64,000 nucleotides of DNA from Eledone cirrhosa (lineage: Eukaryota), in contig OZ024744.1 of the NCBI GenBank assembly GCA_964016885.1, positions 114,576,001 through 114,640,000 on the forward strand, given 5' to 3'. Below, in pieces: positions 1 to 13,761 of the stretch. A program made the position numbers and the translations under genes. The number at the start of each line of letters is the position of its first letter. The first letter of the stretch is position 1. The notes beneath the pieces were generated by a model that saw only the letters and a program-made list of their open reading frames with translations, had not been told where the DNA came from and ran no database searches.

Positions 1-194
1 CTCTGAAAAAGTCGACTGGCGAAAGTGTTTGGAACCACTCTATTTATACAGGAACAATCTTTTGTTGTTTAGTCGATGTGTAGACGTTTATTCTGGTAGG
101 TTCTAAGGGTTCTTTTGTTTCACGTTGAGTAGCTAGCTAACAGGTAGATGGCGCTGTATATTTCACAGCTGTTATTTCTGGTGGCTGTACAAAG

Positions 195-1834
195 GTAAAG
201 AGTTTTGCGTCATCTCTCAAGCCACATACAACAACCTAGCCTTTGAACACCTAAGCGACAATGAATTATACACAGAGATCCCGGACATGACTGCAGCCCA
301 GATCGAAAAACAGACCAACTCCATCTGGTTCGACATCTGTAGGAGAAGACAACTCCCAAATAAAGTTAAGCTCAACTACACCACTAGAAATAGCAGACTG
401 CCCACTTTCTACCACCTCATCAAGACCCACAATAATAGTACTAATACGCAAATAAGACCCATCGTCTCTAGCATAGAAGGACCCCTATACAAAATTTCCT
501 GGCTCCTCTCCCAGGTCCTCAAGCCTCTACTCTCCACCTTTCCCGGGCATGTCAGTAGCTCTGACGAAGTCATACGTAGACTACACCAACTCCAGCCAGA
601 ACAACTTAAACTAAATAGTTACGCCTTTAGCCTCGACGTTGTCTCCCTCTACACTACAGTCCCCGCTCATCCAGCTGTCGATTTATTGACGGACTGCGTG
701 GTCGCAGAGGACATCCACTGCTACGGCCTCCACCCGACGGACATACACCAGCTTCTGTCCTTCACAGTAGACAACACGTACTTCACCTTCCACCACCACA
801 CATACAGACAGACAACAGGATTACCCATGGGATCCAGCCTATCGGGCCTGCTGGCCATCACCTACATGAACCAGCTAGAATGCCGAGCCCTCAACACCTG
901 CCATTCCCATACCTTCTTTACCCGATATGTAGATGACATACTCATCCTTACATCATCCCGTGAGGAGGCAGATAAAATATACACAACATTCTCCAGCATG
1001 GACGCCAGTATAAAGTTCAGCATGAAACACCCCGATGACCGCGGATCCCTATCCCTACTAGACTTCCAGCTCAGGGTAACAGAGGAAGGCAACATCCACA
1101 CCTGCTTCTATAAAAAAGCCACCAGCAGGGACCTGTTCGTACATTTCAGATCGGCCCTCCCACTCGGTGCCAAGTTCGGATACATAAGGAACGAACTGGC
1201 ACGTATCCGGAACAAATGCACCGACGCTAGAGACCGAGACACACACACCACACATTTCCTGGAAGTACTCAAACTGAACGGATACACGACAACCACCACA
1301 AGCCGTGCCAGAAAGAATAGAGGACACCACACCCGAGGTACTAACACTTGCTTCCTGAAGCTCGCACACTTAAGTGAAGAAACAACAACAGCCATCCGCA
1401 GAGCCATCAGACGAGAGGGACTAGATATCCAACTGGCCCACTCAGGTCCTTCTCTACGCGGACAGCTAACCAAAAGACACTCCACCAGACATGACAACTG
1501 CTACAGACTAGCCAACTGTCCCATCAACGACACAGACCTATGCCACCAGGCTTACGTCGTATACAGACTAGAGTGTGACAAATGCAACAACTTCTACGTA
1601 TGTAGCACCACCAGACCACTCCACATAAGAATAAAAGAACACCTCAATACTAACGCTTCCTCATTTAAGAAACACCTAGTTAAATGCAAAAACACCGACA
1701 AAACCATAACTGTTAGGATATAAACTAAGGAAAGAAACCTCGGCAATCTTAGAATTAAGGAAGCACTAATTATAGACAAAACACAACCACCAATCAATAA
1801 TAGACTAGAACTCAACACCCAATTTATAATTTGA
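195..1834 (+). mobile_element. Penelope-like retroelement ORF (RT + GIY-YIG endonuclease), 5'-truncated, with a premature stop at 1721-1723
   Basis: ORF 287-1723 has RT motifs IRPIVS, SLDVVSLYT, GLPMGSSLS and RYVDD, then a GIY-YIG-like VVYRLEC..C..FYVCSTTRPLHIRIKEH. The frame continues past the TAA (LRIKEALII..PPINNR) and is homologous to 31658-33980. Confidence 0.92.
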
Positions 1835-2263
1835 TAGAGCTCCTAGTCCCATATTTACACACAGCCCACACACACACGCGCACACGCACGCACACACACA
1901 CACACCCACACACACACGCTTACACCTCCACTTATTCTCTCTCACACATACACACACAAAACCAGTTCTAACACGAGATAACATCTATCCCCTACATTTA
2001 CGTATAGACATATCTTCTCACACTCACACAGACACACTCACTTACTTACACCTTCATGCATTCTCCCACACACTTAAACAGGCATGTATAAAAAAAAAGA
2101 ATAAATAAATAAAAATTTGAAAAAAACCCTCTTAAAGGGAGACCACTCTTTATCCACCTAATCTTAACTCTTTGACATTAGAGATAGAACAGATACTCTA
2201 TACCATTTCCTGCCAGCATGACTTGGCAAACTATTTAGAACACTGGTTTGACAACTTTAGTTC

Positions 2264-2298
2264 CCTCTGAAGATGAGATATTATCTCGAAAATTTAGG
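2264..2298 (+). ncRNA. Minimal type I hammerhead ribozyme candidate in the 3' terminal repeat of the PLE
   Basis: cct-CTGAAGA-t-gagata/t/tatctc-GAAA-at-TT-agg. Stems I and III are very short. Confidence 0.6.
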
Positions 2299-2412
2299 AC
2301 ATTTAAATAAATCTAAGGTAAAAGACTAATTGTCAACAATATCTTTTGCATTTGCATTCTTAATTCTATGTCCATACCTGCATTGTTTTGGCTTTATTAT
2401 ACATATACAAAC

Positions 2413-2508
<96 letters not shown>

Positions 2509-2509
2509 G

Positions 2510-2541
<32 letters not shown>

Positions 2542-2715
2542 TAGATATATATAGGTAAATATACACAGGTGTGTATGATTGTGTATAGAAGATTATATTA
2601 ATAAGAGGAATTCCAACTTTGTCTGATTTACTCGTTTTATTTACAATCCTTTAAAACATATATAATGGTATTATAATGAAATAGTATGATAGAATATTAA
2701 ATTCTAAGTGTTAAT

Positions 2716-2754
2716 TGAACAAGTACTTTCATGCTTTCGCAATCTTCAGGTTCA
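2716..2754 (-). ncRNA. Minimal type I hammerhead ribozyme
   Basis: Minus strand: tgaac-CTGAAGA-t-tgc(gaaa)gca-t-GAAA-gtac-TT-gttca. 5-bp stem I, GNRA-capped stem II, palindromic stem III AGTACT. Lies downstream of the GIY-YIG ORF 3130-3714. Confidence 0.85.
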
Positions 2755-3129
2755 TGATATGTGGTGACAGTCGAGTTTGCAATTTTCAACTGTAATGAGA
2801 TGGGTAAATTTCCTACCTTTTATACATTTTATACAGAGAAAAGTGGCTCCAGAATGCAAAGCCCTGTAAACTGTATTTCGACCAATCAGTGTGTAGTTTC
2901 ACTGAATTACTACAGCTGATTGGTTTAAGCGTCACGGCTGGTTGAGCATGCTAACGACCAATAGTCATATCCAACGTATCAATTGTTTTGCTTTTTTGAA
3001 ATGATGAAAATAGCATTTTCTATTAATCATCACCATCAACATCACTTTTATTATTATTATTATTGTTGTTGTTGTTGTTGTTAGTGGTCGTGGTCATAGT
3101 GGTAGTAGAAGTAATACCCCTAGGCGTTA

Positions 3130-3760
3130 TTATTGTTCATTTAGCTTGGGTTTGAATTTATCAATAAAATTCTTTTCTTTGATTTTTCTCTTGATTTCAT
3201 TTGGGCTGTGTAATTTGTAGAATGGGAATATTATAAATATTCCCTGACCACATGTTGCCAGGTGGCCGCTTAGGGGTATCTGACGGACATTTGGGTCTCT
3301 GATTTGTTGACGGTGTACCCGTGCACGTTCCGATAGTGCATTTCCAGTTTGACCGACATATAGTTCTTCACAATTCGGGCATTTAATGCAGTAAATTAGA
3401 TTTCTGCTTTTGCAGTTCATATTTGCATTTGTGAATATTTTTCCAGTTTTTGTTTTCATATATTGACCGGCGTGTATGGATTGACATGTGCCGCATCGAT
3501 TATCATTGCATTTAGATACAGTGAATGATTGGTCTTTGTTGTTAAGGTCAAACTTTGCTTTTGTTAGCAATTGCTTCAAATTTTTTGGCTGTCTTTTACT
3601 AAGAGTCAAAGATCGATCTGTGATTAAGCCTTTTAATTCATTACTTTGAGCAATGATCGGTAGGTTTGCTTTGGTAGTGTTGAAGATATTCTGGTGACAT
3701 GGGTTGTGTGTCATTATAAATGGTATGACCAGTTCTTGGTTTCTTCTTCTTTGGGTTGTT
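3130..3760 (-). mobile_element. PLE (Neptune-like) 3' part: Cys linker + GIY-YIG endonuclease
   Basis: CNDNRCGTC linker, NCKSRNLIYCIKCPNC..YVGQT..R..H motif and KPKLN C-terminus. Confidence 0.88.
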
Positions 3761-3763
3761 CTA

Positions 3764-5294
3764 AGTTGTTGTATAGGTATTTTTATAGCCGGCTGTATGC
3801 CATTTTCTATAAGTAGAGATGGGTATTAACGTCAGGACAACAAAAACCGGAAAAAGAAAAACTCCAGGAGGAAACATACCCAAAACAGCTGTACACGTAG
3901 ATCCTAAAATAATTAATTTATCTAAAAGAGATCTTGACAATGATGAAATGCAAATTCTGTCAAAAGGACTGAAATTCACACCGACTCCAACAGTCAACCA
4001 CCAAGAACTGAAGGAGGATACCCAAGAATTCTGTCGAAAATTACGTCTTGTAGAATTCTTCGCTGATAAAAATAATGAGAGTGATGAATCACTAGTAAAG
4101 AATAAATCAAATTTCACTCCGCCAAAAGGAAGAAATATCTATCTCGACCAATACATTGACATCCTGTCTAAATTTCCTCTTAGACATAATACTAATGTTA
4201 GGCCAAACATTAACAAATCAGAAATGTCTGCACTTAAACGTATACAAAATGATAAAACAATAATAATTAAACAAGCAGATAAAGGGGGTGCAGTTGTTAT
4301 AATGGATACTGAATACTACAAGGATTTGGTTGAGGAACAACTGAAAGACACAACATTCTATCATGAAATACCGTCAAATATAGACCACAACATCATGAAG
4401 AAGATCAACAACCTGGCTTCAAAATACCACAACTCATTTACTGATAAGGAAAGAGACTACATCACCAATTTTGAGCCGAAACCCAGCAACCTGTATGGCC
4501 TACCGAAAGTTCACAAGTCAAAAGAAATACAACTGGCAGTAAGAGAACAAAACAGTGAGTACATTAAATTATTACACCCAAAAGACTTAAAACTTAGACC
4601 TATTATAGCTGGTCCAACATGCCCCACTCACCGTCTAAGCAATTTTGTTGACATTATTTTGAAACCACTATGTATTCACATACCCAGTTTCATCCGGGAT
4701 GATATCGACTTCCTGTCCCATCTTCCCAAAACCACGGAAACGAATTCACTTCTACTCAGTTTTGATGTGGTAAGCCTTTACACCAACATTACACATGATT
4801 TAGGAATAAAGGCGGTTAAATACTGGGTGGAAAAACATAGAGAAGTGATTCCCATTAGATTCACAGCGCCATTTATATTAGACGCAGTTAAACTTATTCT
4901 GGAAAACAACACTTTCTTCTTCAAAGGAAAGAATTACATCCAAATTAGAGGCACAGCGATGGGAACGAAGTTTGCTCCCGTTTACGCGAACTCTGTAATG
5001 GGATACTTAGAACAACAACTCTACCAAGAAATAGAGGAAAAATATAGTACTGACTTTAGAAAGTACATTGAAAAATCTTGGAAGAGATACCTTGACGACT
5101 GTTTCATCATCTGGACAGAATCTCTAGATACTCTGGATGAGTTCAATATCCTACTGAATAACCTACACCCATCTCTCCAATTCACAAAAGAGATGAGTAG
5201 GACCAAATTACCATTCCTAGATATAATGATAATCAAAAACGACACCACCATTACCACGGATATATATTATAAACACACAGACACACACTTATAG
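3764..5294 (+). mobile_element. PLE (Neptune-like) N-terminus + RT, 3'-truncated
   Basis: INLS..ILSKGLKFTPTP, KQADKGGAVV, YGLPKVHK, LRPII, FDVVSLYT, GTAMGT and RYLDD. Ends in the thumb region at YYKHTDTH. Confidence 0.92.
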
Positions 5295-5368
5295 TGTGGA
5301 TGAAACAATGTTAGCAAGTAAAGATATGCATATGCTATAAGCGTTCTTTGTTATTTATTTATTATATG

Positions 5369-5398
<30 letters not shown>

Positions 5399-5400
<2 letters not shown>

Positions 5401-5480
5401 GGAGTAAGTAAGACCCCGACGGCTGAGCTCAAGCCGTTTCGACGGCTTGAGCTCAGCCGTCGGAGTCTTACTTACTCCTA
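5399..5480. repeat. Near-perfect hairpin (39-bp arms, TTCG loop)
   Basis: taggagtaagtaagaccccgacggctgagctcaagccgt-ttcg-acggcttgagctcagccgtcggagtcttacttactccta, one mismatch. Confidence 0.95.
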
Positions 5481-5578
5481 TTACCCACTCTACTACCCTA
5501 AGTATTGAGTACTTTGGTGCGTTATGGTCCACCTGGTTCCTTACCACTTTTCCCTCGCTATATATATATATATATATA

Positions 5579-6877
<1,299 letters not shown>

Positions 6878-7002
6878 TATACATATGCATACACACACAC
6901 ATACATGTGTGTATGTGTAAAACTCAGTCTTAGATAATTCATATGAACCTTACATATACATATATATAGTAGTAAAGTAATAAAGCAACATAAGGCAATT
7001 AT

Positions 7003-7060
7003 TCCATTCACCAGTGGTTTCTTAAAAGCAAAAAATTTTTCCTTCAATCTTCAGAATGAA
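7003..7060 (-). ncRNA. Hammerhead motif, family A2, GUG triplet (predicted poorly cleavable)
   Basis: ttcatt-CTGAAGA-stem II-GAAA-ccactgg-TG-aatgga. Confidence 0.7.
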
Positions 7061-8772
7061 AAAAACCTGGTCTATCCACATATACATACATATACACACA
7101 CAAATATATACATATATATACACATACACATACACACACATACATATATATATATACATACATATATACATATATATATATACACACAAATATACATACA
7201 CATACACATAGGTATGTGAAGGGCAAGGCAAAAAGAATATATGGAGGGGGGGGGGCATAAGAAAAGGTGAAATATAAGGGGAGGTAAGGGAGAAAAAATA
7301 AGTAAATATACAAGAGTACAGAACGTAGAATCAGCAAAATAAAAACCGTAGCAGAAGTAAAGAGCAGGGGAGGAGTTCAAGGCGGTTGATTTATCATAGG
7401 AGTGTCAATCCAGTTACAGATCAGATGCGATTTCAGATGAGGACAACATATGAAGTTTTTGAGTTAAGGCAAGCGGAAGTGGCTCTCAAGTTTAGCAAAA
7501 TCCTATACTTTTCTGTGGTACACAAAGAACAATTCTTTGTGCCCCTTTGGTACTCCCTCGAATGGTCTAATATAGACCAATCAATAGAGTACGGGATGTT
7601 ATTATCCTTGAGTTCCCACACCTTACTTGCGAGGGCCTTTGATGTTCGTTTATCGGAGTGCTTAAAAGAAGCGACATGTAAGTAAAATCTGGTTTTAAGC
7701 CTGTCCTGGGTCATACCGACATATCGCTCACTCCTGGCTGGCTGGTTGTTGATTACCGGTGTTATCTTAGCCTCATAAACGACAGATTTGGTGTTACATT
7801 TACCCTGCAATGGGCATTCATCCGGCTTCCTGCAACTGCATCCTGGATTTATTCTCGTACGGTTTGAACTGGTGATTTTGGACTTCATAGATGGGCAACA
7901 AGAGTAGCTGATCTTAACTACGTTCCTATTAAATATCTTATAATATCTATGATTAGGAGGAAAATGTTTGTCTAATAGTTCAAGGAATTTCCTTCCTACA
8001 TTAGTTTTGACAGTTAGAGAGAAGGGGTGTGTGAACCAAATAATCTTCCTTTTCCTGTTATTGTGGTTAGTGTTAGGGGGGGGGGAGTAGGTAAATAAGA
8101 AATGTTTTCTGTAAAACCGCTGTTCTTAAGGGCTTTATTATAATAAGGGGCGGCTTTATTAAAAATGTCTATAGACGAAGATAAGGTAGAAATCCTACGG
8201 CTAATGTTAGGAATAAGATTATTAAAAACTATAGGGGGATGGCAAGACTCTTTGTGTATATACCTAAGATTTTCATTAGGTTTATTATAGGGTTTAAAAG
8301 AGGCAGTAAGTAGATCAAGATTAATATCAAGAAAGTTAGCATTAGTAAGGTTCATATCTATAGTAATTTTAAGGTTAAGATTAGCAAAAGTATTGTTTAA
8401 ATGTTTACGGAATTTATCAAGGTTATGGCCGTAGGTGGTATGAGAAACTGCTAATCCATCATCCTTCTCTGCTCTTTACTTCTGCTACGGTTTTTATTTT
8501 GCTGATTCTACGTTCTGTACTCTTGTATATTTACTTATTTTTTCTCCCTTACCTCCCCTTATATTTCACCTTTTCTTATGCCCTCCCCCCATATATTCTT
8601 TTTGCCTTGCCCGTCAAATACCTATGTGTATGTGTATGTATATTTGTGTGTATATATATATATGTATATATGTATGTATATATATATATGTATGTGTGTG
8701 TATGTGTATGTGTATATATATGTATATATTTGTGTGTGTATATGTATGTATATGTGGATAGACCAGGTTTTT

Positions 8773-8830
8773 TTCATTCTGAAGATTGAAGGAAAAATTT
8801 TTTGCTTTTAAGAAACCACTGGTGAATGGA
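8773..8830 (+). ncRNA. Hammerhead motif, family A2 (GUG triplet)
   Basis: Inverted copy of 7003-7060. Confidence 0.7.
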
Positions 8831-8959
8831 ATAATTGCCTTATGTTGCTTTATTACTTTACTACTATATATATGTATATGTAAGGTTCATATGAATTATC
8901 TAAGACTGAGTTTTACACATACACACATGTATGTGTGTGTATGTGTATGCATATGTATA

Positions 8960-9006
<47 letters not shown>

Positions 9007-9046
9007 GATATTAAACAAATGGAAACTATATTTATAAAACCATATT

Positions 9047-9112
9047 TATTTCATTATACATATTTCAGGGATACCATATTAAAAATATGGCATGCCTTCG
9101 TCAGATAAAATA
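9047..9112 (-). ncRNA. Type I hammerhead ribozyme, family C
   Basis: Reverse-complement copy of 9262-9327. Confidence 0.85.
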
Positions 9113-9261
9113 CAATATATAAACAGTTTTATAAATAATTTTGACGTACCATAAATATAAGCGACCATTAAGGTAGGAAGCTGGCTTGGTAGTATTCCTA
9201 CCTTAATGGTCGCTTATATTTATGGTACGTCAAAATTATTTATAAAACTGTTTATATATTG

Positions 9262-9327
9262 TATTTTATCTGACGAAGGCATGCCATATTTTTAATATGG
9301 TATCCCTGAAATATGTATAATGAAATA
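9262..9327 (+). ncRNA. Type I hammerhead ribozyme, family C
   Basis: tattttat-CTGACGA-aggcatgccatatt(ttt)aatatggtatccct-GAAA-tatgta-TA-atgaaata. Confidence 0.87.
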
Positions 9328-9634
9328 AATATGGTTTTATAAATATAGTTTCCATTTGTTTAATATCGTATATCTACTCCAAAAACTTGTCGAGTGCTTT
9401 ATATCAGTTATAAAATATTTACTTGTTGTAACCCAACAATTTTAAATAAAACTTTTGCATATATATATATATATGCGTGTGTGTATATATATATGTATGT
9501 GTGTGTGTGTGTATGTTTGTATTTGGTTGTGCGTGTTTATGATATGTACGTATTTGTATGTGTATAATTGTATAGCTATGTATGTATATGTGTGTGTATG
9601 TATACATATATGTGTGTGTGTGTATGTTTATATT

Positions 9635-9675
<41 letters not shown>

Positions 9676-10014
9676 ATATAATTACATATACATGTGTGTG
9701 TGTATATATTGTATACGTGTGCGTGTTTGTGCATGTATGTGTATGTATGTGTTTATGTATTTGTATATGTATATTTATGTGTGAGAGTGTGTGTATGTAT
9801 TTACTATTTCGTACGTATGTATACGTGCATTTGTGTGTATTACTTACCACGCGTGTCTGTCCAGTTAGCTGCGTTCTGTATCGCTGTCAAAAATGTTTAA
9901 TATATATTTTTTTATTCTTATATTTATTTGCGTGTGTGAATATGTAGAGGAGTGCATTTATGTATGTGTATGTATGTAGGCGTGTATATATGTATGATTG
10001 TGTGAATGTATGTA

Positions 10015-10061
<47 letters not shown>

Positions 10062-10133
10062 ATGAGTGTATGTATGTGTATATGTGTATGTATGTGTATG
10101 TGTATATATGTGTATGTATATATATGTGTATAA

Positions 10134-10186
<53 letters not shown>

Positions 10187-10227
10187 GTATAAAAATCAAT
10201 ACAATATAATTACCTCATTACCAGAGG

Positions 10228-10303
10228 TTGCCTCGTCTGACGAACGAATGAAGTCGTTTATTTCGTATTCGCCTCATTCGGGAAACCTCTGGTAATGAGG
10301 TAA
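10228..10303 (+). ncRNA. Type I hammerhead ribozyme, family D
   Basis: ttgcctcgt-CTGACGA-a-cgaatga...tcattcg-g-GAAA-cc tct gg-TA-atgaggtaa, with a 9-bp stem I. Confidence 0.87.
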
Positions 10304-10620
10304 TTATATTGTATTGATTTTTATACATTAAATTTTGCTCTGATACTTACATAGAGCACTCTTCATTTCTATGACCTTTTCTGTTTCCAACGGAAATTTC
10401 AATACTTATATATATTTATATGTAGATAAATCTACCAAAAGTTTACGGTAGTGTCCAATCCGTATGAAGAACTCAATGTAATCCGGATATCATGAAAAGA
10501 AGAGATGCATTCAAAAATCACTTTCGGTGAAAGATAAACGGAATACAGAGTCAAGATAAATTATTAAAAAAATAATGAATAAACAAAGAAACAGTTCCTT
10601 ATATTAAACAAAAAAAGTTC

Positions 10621-10757
10621 ATTATTTTACGATCGTTTCTAGAACATATATGTGTTAGAATTGGTATGCATATTCAAAAGATCTATGTACAAAATTATAC
10701 AAACTATCAGAGAGAATATACATACCTTCACATATATATGCTGTCTTCAGAAATAAT
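10621..10757 (-). ncRNA. Type I hammerhead ribozyme with about 100-nt stem II, family E
   Basis: attattt-CTGAAGA-long hairpin-GAAA-cgatcg-TA-aaataat. Confidence 0.8.
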
Positions 10758-10777
10758 CTGAATTATTATTATATCTG

Positions 10778-10914
10778 ATTATTTCTGAAGACAGCATATA
10801 TATGTGAAGGTATGTATATTCTCTCTGATAGTTTGTATAATTTTGTACATAGATCTTTTGAATATGAATACCAATTCTAACACATATATGTCCTAGAAAC
10901 GATTGTAAAATAAT
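10778..10914 (+). ncRNA. Type I hammerhead ribozyme, family E
   Basis: attattt-CTGAAGA-...-GAAA-cgattg-TA-aaataat. Inverted partner of 10621-10757. Confidence 0.78.
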
Positions 10915-10965
10915 GAACTTTTTTTGTTTAATATAAGGAACTGTTTCTTTGTTTATTCATTATTT

Positions 10966-11089
<124 letters not shown>

Positions 11090-11114
11090 CTTTTGTGTTT
11101 TTGTGTGTGTGTGT

Positions 11115-11165
<51 letters not shown>

Positions 11166-11305
11166 CTTTTGTGTTTTTTTGTGTGTGTGTTTGCATGTGT
11201 AGTTTTATTTTATTTTTCCTTTCCTTCTTCCTTCTCCAGCCTCACTTTCATATAGATTGCATTTTTGTTTTTAAAATCCAAATTCAATAAACAGACCAGG
11301 ATTTT

Positions 11306-11363
11306 TTCATTCTGAGGATTGAAAGCAAAACCTTTTGCTTTTAACAAACCACTGATAAATGGA
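11306..11363 (+). pseudogene. Mutated hammerhead, family A (GAAA to CAAA)
   Basis: ttcatt-CTGAGGA-...-CAAA-ccactga-TA-aatgga. Confidence 0.7.
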
Positions 11364-11395
11364 ATAATTGCCTTATGTTGTTTATTACATAATAA

Positions 11396-11531
<136 letters not shown>

Positions 11532-11710
11532 TATGAACACGTACATACATATATGTATACAGACGTACAGTAGTATGTATATACATACATGCACGCATGG
11601 ATTCACCGAACATTTATTATAATGCTCTGTGTGTTTGTAAACAAACATCCCGTATTAAGCCGTAGTGTCCAGCAACCATCGATGCCCCTTTCTTCAACAC
11701 TGACAAATGA

Positions 11711-11753
11711 ACGCTGTACTAGTTTCAAGCTTATTAGCTATCGTCAGCAACGT
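11711..11753 (-). ncRNA. Minimal type I hammerhead ribozyme, family F
   Basis: acgttg-CTGACGA-t-agct(aata)agct-t-GAAA-ctag-TA-cagcgt. Confidence 0.88.
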
Positions 11754-12138
11754 ATACTTTCCTGCCAGATTGTTGAGCGTCTGAAAGTATATACTTTCCT
11801 TATGCATATTAACGGCTGAGTAACCCAATTTGCATATCGAGTGGGTTAATCGGCCGGGTGCACCGAAAATGATAAACGGAAAAAATGAAACGAAATTTCA
11901 TTTCCTACTCTTAGTACGGCTGTTACTTAAATATAAGTATGAACACGTACATACATATATGTATACAGACGTACAGTAGTATGTATATATACATACATGC
12001 ACACATATATATATATATGCACGCATGGATTCACCGAACATCCATTATAATGCTCGGTGTGTTTGTAAACAAAAATCCCGTATTAAGCCGTAGTGTCTAG
12101 CAACCATCGTTGCTCGTTTGTTCAACACTGACAAAGGA

Positions 12139-12181
12139 ACGCTGTATTAGTTTCAAGCTTATTAGCTATCGTCAGCAACGT
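12139..12181 (-). ncRNA. Minimal type I hammerhead ribozyme, family F (stem III ctag to ctaa)
   Basis: Second tandem copy. Confidence 0.78.
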
Positions 12182-12564
12182 ATACTTTCCTGCCAGATTG
12201 TTGAACGTCTGAAAGTATATACTTTCCTTATGCATATTAACGGCTGAGTAGCCCAATTTGCACATCGAGTGGGTTAATAGGCTGGGTGCAGCGAAAACAA
12301 TAAACGGAAAAAATGAAACGAAATTTCATTTCCCACTCTTAGTACGACTGTTACTTAAATATAAGTATGAACACGTACATACATATATGTATACAGATGT
12401 ACAGTAGTATGTATATATACATACATGCACACATATATATATATACACGCATGGATTCACCGAACATCCATTATAATGCTCCGTGTGTTTGTAAACAAAC
12501 ATCCCGTATTAAGCCGTAGTGTCTAGCAACCATCGTTGCTCGTTTGTTCAACACTAACAAAGGA

Positions 12565-12607
12565 ACGCTGTACTAGTTTCAAGCTTATTAGCTATCGTCA
12601 GCAGCGT
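12565..12607 (-). ncRNA. Minimal type I hammerhead ribozyme, family F
   Basis: acgctg-CTGACGA-...-GAAA-ctag-TA-cagcgt, fully Watson-Crick stem I. Confidence 0.88.
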
Positions 12608-12685
12608 ATACCTTCCTGCCCGATTGTTGAACGTCTGAAAGTATATACTTTCTTTATGCATATTAACGGCTGAGTAGCCCAATTT

Positions 12686-13232
12686 GGTCGTTGGCGACTA
12701 AACTGGCAACCCCACCAAGGTTTCTTGGTGAGGAGGGTGAATTTGGACATCCTGCAGGACTAAAAACAAAACCTGTCAAAGGGCAAAGGAGCTCTTAAGA
12801 GTTGGCCATCCAAAATCACCGGGAGAGATGACCCCTTAGCCTTTGTCAAGGCAGAATTCAAGGAGAAGGAAAACTCTGATATAACACCTGCAACCCTGAT
12901 GGTATCCAATGATGTTGACTTGTTCTTCTTTTTGGTAAATATCATCTTGGTTAAGAGTGTGGGACTGGCTTTGTGCAGTGCCTTTGCTCACTATAAAAGC
13001 TTCACGGCACAGGCATTGCTTTATATCTGGAGATCTCTCTGCACTTGCCGTCACATGGTACCAAGGGCCCAGCACTATGTGTCAATAATTGTCACAAGTG
13101 TAGTGTTTGTACCAGAGTTTTCAAGTCGCTGCCTGGACTAAAAAGTCACACTCGTTCAGCGCATCGGTAGGGGTTCTCCTACATGGATATAAAGTAGTGG
13201 CCGTACTCGAAAACGAGTTGGCAGCCACCATA
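12686..13232. repeat. Unclassified dispersed repeat (SINE-like or LINE 5'UTR-like)
   Basis: 12686-12800 matches 61141-61253 inverted and 13084-13232 matches 61285-61428 direct. The middle resembles 27200-27390. Confidence 0.6.
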
Positions 13233-13761
13233 TGTATGTATATGTTGGGGTTGAAATCTGGTCGTTTGACTGAGTGATGTATATACACACATTCAACACA
13301 GAGTAGAGAGTTTGACAACAGGTCGATGACTTTAGTCTAGATAGGGTAATGACATGTGATGGTGGGGAGAGAGTGTAGACGTTATTGTGGTGGTGGGGGA
13401 CAGTGAGATGTATGCAGTTCATTTGACCGTTTTCTTCTCTTTGCAAAATTTGAATTTTAGCCATCTTATATTGAGATGTAAGTGTATGTAAAATGTAAAA
13501 TATAAATAAGGATTGCTCTGGTAAAAAATACGAAAATATTTGTGTAACTTCCACAAACTTCTGTCGTGACATTTCAGAGTCCAGTGACCAAAAAATTATT
13601 GTATTTTGATGTTTCAGAATACAAAAATTAATTAAAAACTTATCTATAAGCTACCGCATCAAACGTTAAAAAAGAATTTAAAAAAACCACAAACAAACAA
13701 AAAAACTCAAAATAACAAATAACACACACACACGCACACAACACAACAACATCAACTGTCC

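Larger units (their letters stand above)
6880..8960 (-). mobile_element. Naiad-like PLE, 5'-truncated at the RT DD motif, with a 3' terminal repeat (6880-7370) and an inverted upstream copy of it (8465-8960)
   Basis: ORF pieces 8014-8355 (NFLDINLDL..FKPYNKPN..YIHKESCHPP) and 7433-7888 (CSCRKPDECPLQGKC, VVYEA..YVGMT..R, CSLC..EK). Arms are visibly inverted duplicates. Confidence 0.88.

Noticed and set aside
1-33. HHR-like CTGAAAA..gtc(gact)ggc-GAAA upstream of the first PLE ORF
   Set aside because: The core is mutated and stem I is cut off by the window edge, so it cannot be supported.
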